Translations under genes and position numbers: made by a program
Part shown: positions 26,332 to 36,200 of the stretch, piece by piece
How the letters are laid out: each line of letters begins with the position of its first letter
Position numbering within the stretch: position 1 is the stretch's first letter
The notes under the pieces: model-generated
What the model saw: only the letters and a program-made list of their open reading frames with translations
Told to the model about the DNA's origin: nothing
Database searches by the model: none
NCBI GenBank assembly: GCA_037447605.1
Contig: CM074816.1
Span: 1,131,873-1,195,872, forward strand
Origin: Zygnema circumcarinatum SAG 698-1b
Lineage: Eukaryota > Plantae > Zygnematophyceae
Direction of reading: 5' to 3'
Length of the DNA stretch: 64,000 nt

Positions 26332-27315
26332 GAGGCACTTCTAAAGTGCCATTTACTTAATTTGCATATTTAAAGTTTGAACCTGGGAACTCAACCCGGT
26401 GGACTTCAAGCAATAGGCCTTGAACCCGAATGTTCCTAAACCTTCAATTTTGGGTCTTTTTTTTTCTAAGTAGTTACCAGGCGCATAGGCTTATTGATGT
26501 GTATTATTGGATTTAGGGGTTTCGGGACTGGTAATTTTCTCTGTATGATGAGGTCTGAACGATTTGGGCACTTTCATATGTGCAATTTTTGGGAAGTCGT
26601 TGTGTACAGTGTAACGGTATCCTGTTCAACTATATCTCCCCATTCGTAAAACTGGAAGTAGACTTACTGCATGTGGCCAAGCCTTGATTTGGCAGTTCCT
26701 ATAATATAGTACATTCACCTTATGACCTTCTTTGTTTCTTCTAAGACGTATTCGCCATCAAATACTCAGTGAAATGGAAAGAACAGGCAAAGCAAAAATG
26801 AAGCAAGATGACGAAATCAGAAGCCAGAAACCAGAAGATGTGATTTTGATACGCTTTCAAACCCTTGTACTTTTTAAGCAAAGTCAAGCCGCCGGATTTT
26901 TCGAATTTCTTCCCGCCGAGAAAACTCGCGGGCGTTGCATGCCGCCGGCGCTTCCAAAAGCATGCACGGATAAGTTTTTTACAGCTGCCCGCACCAATGC
27001 CGAGGCCCGAAAACTGTACGGTCATTCACGGTCTGCGAATATTTTTTTAGCGCAGACCTTCCATCGGGTTCTAAAGCACTCGCCTTGAACCCGACATTCC
27101 CATTTTAGACCCCCAATCTCATTGAACCTTTGCATGCCCTGAACCCTTCTCACAGCGACCAGAACGAATATCTGAATTGAGATGTTCTGAAATTCTTGTG
27201 GATCACGAATCCTCCAACACTGAATTCTGTGTCCCTGCACCCTAATTTCGCAACTTTTGAATCTCAGCCCTAAAATCCGAATTCTAATGTCCAACTTTTG
27301 AAAAAATCAACTCTT

Positions 27316-27660
27316 AAACCCCAAACTCTGATCCCGGAAACTGGTTATGGACCCATGAATCCTGAGCACTAAGCCCAGAGCCCTCACCCGAAACCCTCAA
27401 CCTTGAAACCTGAGCACGAAGTCTAAACCCTGAGCCCTCAACCCTAAACCCTGAATCCTGAACCCTCCCTAAACCCCGAACCCTAAACCCTGAGCACTGA
27501 AGCCTAAACCCTGAGTCCTGAACTCTCAACCCTGAACCCTAAATCCTTAACTCTGAACCCTAAACTCTGAACCCTTAACCTTAAACCCTGAACCCTAAAC
27601 CCTGAGCCCTGAATCCTGAACCCTGAACCCTAAACCCTGAATCCTGAACCCTACACCCTG
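27316..27660 (-). repeat. Degenerate (CCCTAAA/CCCTGAA)n telomere-like array directly upstream of the CapA-like gene
   Basis: Tandem AAACCCT/GAACCCT variants; a short further run lies at 27852-27887 in CapA intron 1. Confidence 0.85.
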
Positions 27661-27714
27661 AAGCCTGCAACGAAGTGGAGAGGCTTCCTGCGCTCCGCAC
27701 TGCCACGTGTGAGC

Positions 27715-30700
27715 ATGGAGGGAGAGAGCAGTGGCGAGAGGAAGCTTCCCTGGAAGCTTCTGCTGCTGGGGGACTGCATGCTGGGCCGGCTGGTGGATCA
27801 ACTCTTCCCTGACGGCAACCCTGAACCCTACGAGCGCAACCTGGTCCCGCCCTAAACCCTAAACCCTAAACGCTAAACCCTAAACCCTCCTCTCATTGAT
27901 TTTTAGTAGAGGAATAGAAAGCATTGGTTGCAGCTTTTTTTTCTCAACTCAATTTCCTAACGGCTACTCCTTTGCCCTCCTTTCTTGGCCCCGCCCGCTC
28001 CCTACTCTGTCCGTCTCCCTCTCTCCTCTCTTCTCTACCATCCTCCTCTCTTCCACTCTCTCGCTCCCTATTCTCTCCCCTCTCACTCCCTCCTCCCTTC
28101 TCCCTGCCTCCCTCTTCCTCTCTCTCCCTTGTCCCCTCTCTGTCCCTCTCCCTCTCTCTCCCCTTTCAACTTCCCACTTCCTCTCGTTCTTACCCTCTCT
28201 CCCCCCGTCCTTTTGTGCCCCCCCGAGATCTCGCGCACCCTCTTCCCCCCTCCTTCTTTCCCCCCTCCCACTTTCTCCCTCTCCTCTCCTCATCCGGCTT
28301 TCCTTCTTCCTCTCTCCGCACCCCACTCTGCCTTCCTCCCTCTCCCCATCCCTCCCACTCTTCCCCCCTCTCCCTCCTCCCCCATCTCTCTCGCCTTCCT
28401 CCCTCTCTCCCACCTCCCGTCGTCCCTCCCACTCTCCCCCATTCTCTCCCCCCTCCCAACCTCCCTGTCTCCTATCTCCCTCTCTCTCCCGTTCCCTTCT
28501 CCACCTCTCCCCCCTCCACCCCTCCCTCTCTCCCCCCTCCCCATCTCCCTCTCTCCCCTCCCTCCCCCCCTTTTTCTCTCCCCTCCCTCCCCCCCTCCCT
28601 CCCTCCCTCCCCCCCAGGCCCTCTCCCTCCTCTCCCGCGACCCCTCCTCCTCCCTCCGCCTCTCTTCGGTCGGTCCGGCGGCGTACATTTGGGGCGACGC
28701 TCTGCCGATCTTGCGCTCGGCTGACGTCCGCATGGCGAATCTGGAGACGAGCGTGACGTCACATTCCGTGAAGTGGCCCGGGCAGGCCTTCAACTTCCGC
28801 ATGCATCCCCGCCACGTGGCAGCGCTCAAGCTGGCGGAGTAGACCTCTCCTGCCCCTTCCTTTAACTTTTTGCTAATCTTGGAGTGATTTTACATGTTCA
28901 GTTAAATTAGTTTGGAAGGAAAAAGGGACTGTCTTTTTTGCTTTATGATGCTCCACACATGTAATTCCCTCTCTCTCTCTCCGCCTTCTCCTCCCACTTC
29001 TAATCTCTTATCACTTTCCACTCTCCCAACCCCCTACCCACCCCCAAATTTTTTTTTTTTTTTTTTTTTGGGTGGGGGGAGGGGTGGGGGGGGGGGGCTC
29101 AGAATTAATTTTTGTTCCCTTGCCAACAATCACATTCTCGATTTCCAGCACCAAGGCCTACGTGACACGTGTCACACTCTCGATAAGGCGGGCATCGCCC
29201 ACGCGGGATGCGGAGAAACACTCGAAGAAGCCGCGGCCCCCGCCTTTGTGGAGGTTCGAACCGGGGACCTGGGCGTTGCAAACCGAGGGTTTAGGGTTCT
29301 GAAATGCGATGAAATTATAAGGCTTTCTTCTCGCTTTGGGTTGTTTGATCAAAGAAAACCGCCTTCTTAAAAAGTAAAAGAATACCAAATAAAAAAAAAA
29401 AAGGACAAAAGACATAGTGATGGTGTGTTTAGACTTCAGTGTTCAGACAATCTGCTGACGTCATAGGCGATGACTATTACCCTATATGTCAGTTTTGCTG
29501 ACGTCACGGTACTGTCTTCGTGACAGAAAAACGGTCTCCGCATCGCGTGTTTTGCCGCGGCGGATCATTTCGAGTATTGGGCGATCCACCGGACCCGCCC
29601 GGGGATCCACTTCATTGATCCGGACAGGTGGATCCGCAAGGAATAGACCCTCCATGTTTTCAATGGACAGTTTTGCTTTTTTTTAATTTTCAAAGACTAT
29701 TTCATGAAGAGTAGTATCTGTATAGTTTTTCTAAAGCGCTGGCTTTTTAAATTTCTTGAGGGACTCACCTTTTTTCTTAAGATGGAAAATGAAGGTACAC
29801 GTCAGCTGATTTGGAGCGAATTTCTGCGAAAGTGAAGGCGGCCAAGGGAGAGGAAGGGGCCGATTTGGCAATTTTTTCCGTACATTGGGGCCCAAACTAT
29901 AGCTGGGAACCGAGGTACGTCTTTCTTAACAAAAAATAAAATAATGGATAATAGATATTGCCTAAGAGATTGAACTGTCTACTAAGACATGGAGCACGCA
30001 GCTCAGAAATCCTCAATTTTTTTTTTTCTTTTTTTTTTTTTTTTGTTGGATGCAGTGAGGGCATACAGCGGTTGGCAAGAGACCTCGTCGACCGCTGCGG
30101 GATCGACGCCGTGCATGGAACATCCTCTCACCACGTGCAAGGTCAAAACCCTAAAACCCTACAACCGAAACCTTAAACCCTAAATCCTGCACCCAGCGCT
30201 TCATAAGCTTAAATAAGAAATCCGAAAAGTCCTCGGAATCATGCCACCCCCAAAGCTCTTTGCTGTCACCTGACTTGGGTTGACTTGGGTTGACTTAGGT
30301 TGACTTATATTGACTTCTGTAGGCATTTTTGCTTTTGGACTTTTGTGATTGTTTAGGGATTGCGATTTACAGAGGTGCTCCCATCCTGTACGGATGCGGC
30401 GACTTCATCGACGACTACGCCGTGACGGCGGAGTACAGAAACGACCTCGGATTCGCGTACATGTTGAATTATGACAAAATCGCGAAAAGAATTACACATT
30501 TGGACCTCTATCCGACATGCATTCGGAGGCTCTCCGTGTCCACAAAACTGCTCGAAGAGGACCGAAGGTTCGTCCCCCTTCACATGTGCGGCCGTTCAAC
30601 GGAATCCGTGCTGAGCTGCTAAGAAGGTTATATGCTTGCACGGAGGGCATTCACATGCAAAACAAAACATAGATAGTAAATAAATAAATCAAAATATCAA

Positions 30701-30878
30701 TAAGGAATTGCGGCGAAAGTGGATGTTTGTTTGTTTGTTTGTTTGTTTTGTTTTTAATTTTCTGTGCAGGTGGCTTTATGAGAAGATGAAATGGCTCTTC
30801 GGTCGCTTCAAAACGAAGGTCGAAGAGGCCGAGAACGGGCAGACTTTACTGATCCCCGTGAGCCCACATGGAACCTGA
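27715..30878 (+). CDS. CapA / PGA_cap-family metallophosphoesterase-like protein, 8 exons
   Basis: Exons 27715-~27843 (weak donor), 28618-28838, 29103-29253, 29527-29627, 29795-29914, 30056-30141, 30357-30567 and 30770-30878 splice in frame. CapA motifs: LLLGDCMLGRLVDQLFP, IWGD, MANLETSVT, WPGQAFNFRMHP, SLANNHILDF, AGCGETLEEA, SVHWGPNYSW, HGTSSHHVQG, ILYGCGDFIDDY, YRNDLG. Confidence 0.88.
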
Positions 30879-31137
30879 AACGGCGGGAAGTTGCACTGAA
30901 CTGAACGGCGGTTCCATGCGCTACCGCTGGTTGGCGCACAGCGTAACAGTTCGAAGCCGGACCTTTTAGGGTTTGTTTGTAGAGTTGTGCACAAATCGAG
31001 TCAGGCGTGGAAGGAGAGGTAGGCGCACTACCTAGAGAAGTGGTGGGTGTAAATAGTTAGGGTTTAGGGTTTTGGATTTAGGGTTTAGGGTTCAGGGAAA
31101 GGGTTGAACTGGGGCTCCTTGCTGGCCAGTTCCGTCA

Positions 31138-31602
31138 TCACCACATGGAACCTGATGGGACATTCTCCATAAGGCCTTGCCAATCTTGAAATACTTCCAT
31201 ACTAGGAAGAGTTCGAAAATAGTACATGTTTTCCGGGAGAAACATGATAATAGCGAGAAGGAAAGTACTGCTTCCGAAACAAATCTCCCCACGATCTCTG
31301 CCAGTTTGCCGAGCCCTATCTATCAAGACGTTAAGCTGTTGGGCCCAACAGATTTTGAGCTTTTCGTTTCTCTGATTTTAGGGTTGGAAGTATTTTCTGG
31401 TCGGGGCCGACTCTGTTGAGGGGAGCCGCAGAAACGGTGACGCTCGCCACCCCGCAGCGAAAGATTGAAGATCAGATGAATAGAAAATTTGAATTATTAC
31501 TTTTATTGAAAATAGTCTGCAAGTCACGCACCTCGTTCCCTTGTGCATTGGCGGCGGCAAAAGAGGGAGGAAAACATGAGAAGGGAAAGGGAGGGCCGCC
31601 AT
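31138..31602 (-). CDS. Hypothetical two-exon orphan protein (111 aa), unsupported by homology
   Basis: Exons 31602-31501 and 31371-31138 splice in frame via a 129-nt GT-AG intron. No family recognised. Confidence 0.22.
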
Positions 31603-31697
31603 CCGAGTTCGACCGCCCCGCCCCGAGCACCGACGCAACCGACCGACCGGCCGACAGCGCCGTCAACCGCAACCGAAATGGGGCGAACATTTATACT

Positions 31698-32040
31698 AAA
31701 CCAAACCGAACGGAACGGAGCGAAACGGTACAGAACGGGACGGACCGGTCAGGAACGGGACTGGGGACATGTAGAGCGGAAACACCCTCGGGCTGGAAGG
31801 GTCAATACGATACGGTACCGAGCAGTACGATACAGTAATCGTGAGATACGATAGAATACTGAGAGATATGAGACAGTATCGAGCGATTTTATACAATACC
31901 AAGAGATACGCTTCAGTATCTATAGATACGATATAATATCGAAAAAACGGTATATTATTTGTCAATACGATACATTACGGAGCAATACGATGCAGTACCG
32001 AGCAATCCGCTAAATTTTCAAACGATACGATACAGTACCG
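31698..32040 (+). repeat. Two adjacent degenerate pentamer satellites: (GAACG)n at 31698-31765 and (ATACG/GATAC)n at 31803-32040
   Basis: Runs such as CCGAACGGAACGGAGCGAAACGG and GATACGATACAGTACCG are visible directly. Confidence 0.7.
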
Positions 32041-33080
32041 TGACCAGCCCGAACGGTCCCTCCGTGAAGCGCCGAGGAGGTCGATCTCACAGGCCACTCA
32101 CAGCTCGCCACGTGGCGATCTCAATCCGCACAATCCTTTCATGAAACCCTCGCGGATACCCTTCGACGCCGCCTCCAATCACAGCGTTGGGCAGGGAAGG
32201 AAAGCCTACGTGGCGCGCCGTGATTGGTTTTAAACTCTGCCGCCCGGGGATCTTCCAATAAGTGGCCGCCCACGAATGGGCAGCGTCGCGACACGTCACC
32301 GACACCGACATTGATGTCATAGGGGAAGGTCCTGGAAGCTCGAGTTTGTCGGCGCATGTCGGTCACTTGAAGGACAGCAAACTGTACGAATAGTTCCACA
32401 AGTCAGTCGCCACGTGTCCATGTGTCCGCACCACAGACGAGGCCCCGATTGTATGCTGAGCTGGCACCGTACGGTGACGGCCAGCGCGGACAGCGCCTGT
32501 CCGTTACTCCGCTTCGATTTTTTTTTCTGGTTCAATTTTTTATGTCGTTCTAAATCTGATCTGCCTAAACGGAAACAAATTAAGTACCGCGCATAGACAA
32601 TTTTATATATCGGACATGTTTGTCAACGGTATTTCTTCTAAAAAGAGTGGTTTCCTTTTCCCTCTGCCCTAAAATTACCGACAAATTCAGTTCTTGCTTG
32701 ATAACTACCAATTGAAGAAATTATTTAGTCTAGAAACTGTACTGTGCAAACCTTTTCTTCAATCTAATAAATCAATACATGAGTATTATTTTTTTAAATT
32801 CGTCTGTAAACAAGTTATTTGCATTATGTTCATTAAAATTTTGGATACGACGTTGTTAAAAAAATATATAAATAAAAATGTTTCGGAATTACGGAGAATG
32901 CTTGACAGTTATTGGCTGATTTTTATATGTGATATCAGTATATTCTCACTGCCAAGAATGGGGCAAGACGTATACTGATTCGGAACCCAGCCAACCCTCC
33001 CTTTTGTCGATTTTCCGCGGCTGTGGGACTGGGAGAAGTGAGCCCCTCCCCCCGCCCTCCAAACTGCACGCGACCATCAG

Positions 33081-33134
33081 CCAATGGCGATGTGCCACGT
33101 CGTCAATATTGTACACGTGGCGAACGTCTATTGG
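33081..33134. promoter_or_regulatory. Inverted pair of CCAAT-N9-CCACG elements upstream of glutamine synthetase
   Basis: CCAAT ggcgatgtg CCACG N16 CGTGG cgaacgtct ATTGG, ending ~155 bp before ATG 33290. Confidence 0.6.
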
Positions 33135-33289
33135 AATATGCTCAACCCTAGTTTCCGGGAAAACCCTGGAGCCCTTCCTGAGCGGCAGTAGTTTTGCCGG
33201 GACTACTCTTCCTCCAGCAGCGCCACCCTCCCTCTCTCTACCACTTTCTACCTCTCTCTCTCTCTCTCTCTCTCTCGCCCGCTGCAGCC

Positions 33290-36200
33290 ATGGCGGCCGC
33301 CAGCGCGCCCAGCGCTCTCAGATCTGCGATCGTCTCGGCGCGTTCCGAGCCCGCCTCTGTGGCCGGCTTCAGCGCGGGAAGGAGGGCGGAGGTGATGCCT
33401 GGCGCCTCCCTACATTGCTATCGCCCGCCCTTATTTCTGTTTACTTTTGATTGATTCAGGAGATGATGCGTTTGAAGTTTGGCAGGGATGTGTATTGCTC
33501 GCCTTCGGCTGAGGGCTTGACGGATCTGTTCGCTGCAGCCTGACACTGAGCTCCAGCTCTAGTTCCAGTTCCAGCTCCAGCTCCAGTTCCAGCTCTAGTT
33601 CCAGCTGCAGCTTCAATTCTTCAGGTTGATTTGATTTATAGGCTGATATTGGACAGTGTTCGGTTTGCAGGTTGCCGGCTCGAAGGTGTCGGGCTTTTTC
33701 GGCAGCAATGAGCTCAGGCTTTACTCTGTTTCTGCAGTCCGCACTCCTCAGCGCAAGGTAATCGGTCAGTCTCTCTTACAGGTCGCAATGTGCACTTGCT
33801 GCCTCTCTTTTATTTATCTTTTGAATGATTTGCAGTCATCACGTCGCGGCTTTTGCCGCCATTTTTGGAGAGGGATGATGCAGGATTGAGTGCTGATTTT
33901 TTTTTTGGTCCCTTTGCAATGCAGAAAGTGTGACGGAAGTCAGTCGCATGTGATTCCTCAACTTTTGGCGTGATGTCTATTTGCTCCCTCGCTGAAGTGC
34001 AGTGTTCTGAAGGGTGATAGAGATTAAGGTCCTATAATTCAGCTTAACTAATTCAGTGGATTGCGTGAGAGAGTGTGAAATCGTTGCTAAAAGGGCACGC
34101 ATTTGAATGTCATTCAGACTGAACTCTTACTTCAGAACGCGGTGCATTGCACTCGTTGGGCAATTTATACCTTTTCTTCATCTGAAATTGAGCATTGCAA
34201 ATGGTCCGAGTTCAGTACCATGGTCAGTATGGCATTGATTTGACTTTATTAAATCGGGCGTCATTTGAGCGGAGTTCAGAATCGTGTCATGCAGTTATGG
34301 CAGGCATGCCACGATCTCTTGGAATACTACAGTCTTTACTTGTGGCTAATTTTGTAGGCAGTGTTTGGATTTCCTTTGGAGTTGTCAGTCAAGACTGTGT
34401 CTGTTTAAAAATGACGTTTTTAATGTTCGATTGCTGAAACTACTTCTGCGGTACAACAGAAAGCAAAATTTGAGCTTCCTGAGTGGGCATGGGTTTTCTG
34501 CTTCAACTTATATATGTTGTGTTTTACGACAAGTTTTGGCATTAGTATGACTTATTGGACCGCGTACTGGGAGTCCGTTATACTTTTTTGTGCTTGGTGC
34601 TTGTTGATCTCTGACCTCTCGTATCAATATCTGAAGCAGTAGCTGATTCATGGTGGGCTGAAAATGGAAATCTGAAGCTTATCAGTTAATGGGAGTACTT
34701 CCGGTGGTTTCCTTCTCTGCATGTGATGATGGGCATACTTTGCCTTTTGCTCCTTGTTTGCACCTGAGGATTAATCAATATATTTGAGTCGGGCTATATT
34801 CCAACTCCAACGTTTCGACGATTCAAGTCTGTAGTGTTGGCTTCTGCTGTGATAGTAGTCTCGCTCTCTTGTTCTTCTTATGGAGCAAAAATCATTTTTT
34901 TGCTTGATTTTTAGGAAGAACGGTACAGGCAGAATTCGATCTGATCTTAACGAGAAACACTTAAAGAGAGACAGATTTCCAGCAGTTATTTTGAATTCTT
35001 TAATTAGATTTTTTTGCTTTATCAATTGTCTGGCAGCATGCCCTTCCATGAGTCATATCAGTTTCATTCGATTACAGCTTTCAATATTATTTCGTTCCTT
35101 TCGCATTAATGACATTGCAAGTTCAGAAAAGCTAGAGAGCAACTGTCTTTCAGTGAGCAAATTTGTGGGTCAACTCTCTGTTAAGCTGCTGTAGTTGATC
35201 TTGAAATATCCCACCTGTAATTCACGGTGTATTCACTGAGGTATTCATGGAACCAGAATGCTGAAATTTAGCTTGGCTTGTACCTTTACTGAACTTTCGG
35301 AATCCATGTTTCTACTGATTTCACCACCCAAAAGCCCTGATTTGATTGGCAGCCGTTTCAAGATTTTCTAGACCAGCTGTATGAAAGTGAAATTGGGTAT
35401 TAACCATGTGATTATAGAGTATTTTTTAATACTTAAAATGATTATGTGCTGACGTATGTTGACCTGGATTTTTACCTGCTATACCAGTTTCTTGTTTACT
35501 GGATTCGGCCGCAGTCTGTGTAGACGCGTGTTTCCTGTAGTGAAATGATCGATATTTCCTGACTAATTTCAACTTGAACTGACCCTGCCTTCGATTTAGT
35601 CAATTCTAGTCAATGATTCATGCACGTATCGGCTGCCACTCTGTGCGGATGCACCACACAGTTCCTAATGTGTCTGACGAATTTACATTTCCATATCTAA
35701 CTCATCTCTGTTACTTCAAACCTCGACTCTGTATATACTGATTCTACCCTGCATCGTGTTTCCTTTTGTTTGAATGCACCACAGGCTGGGGCCTACGTGG
35801 CAAAGGCGGAGCTGCAGCAGAGGGCGGAGTACATTTGGGCGGACGGCCTGGAGGGGCAGAAGGGCATCCGCTTCAACGAGATGCGCTCAAAGACCAAAGT
35901 CATCCCCAAGCCCATCGATGTGGGGGGGAAATTCCCTCAGTGGAGTTTCGACGGCTCAAGGTGCGGTAGTGCAGAGTTTTTTGAAACTCCTCGCTCCCTC
36001 CCATCCCTCTCCCCTTCCTATCTCCCTTCCCTCTCCCCTTCCTATCTCCCTTCCCTCACTCCTTCCTCCTCCTCCCTCCATCCTCCATCCTCCCTACTTT
36101 CTCCCCCCTCCCTCCTACACCTTTGTTTAGGGAAGACGGGCTGCTAACGGGTTGATTGCTCAGAAGTACTGTTTTCTCGTCCAGCACATGCTTTCTCAAC

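Noticed and set aside
26732-27294. 118-aa and 90-aa ORFs between the NHL gene and CapA
   Set aside because: No recognisable homology or splice support; the second overlaps telomere-like repeats.
33545-33612. (TCCAGC)n hexamer giving an ELELELE ORF on the minus strand
   Set aside because: A simple microsatellite inside GS intron 1.
33760-35784. Short ORFs in the 2-kb AT-rich GS intron 2 (possible nested gene, TE or snoRNA)
   Set aside because: No recognisable protein motif, terminal repeats or convincing C/D or H/ACA box pair could be identified by eye.
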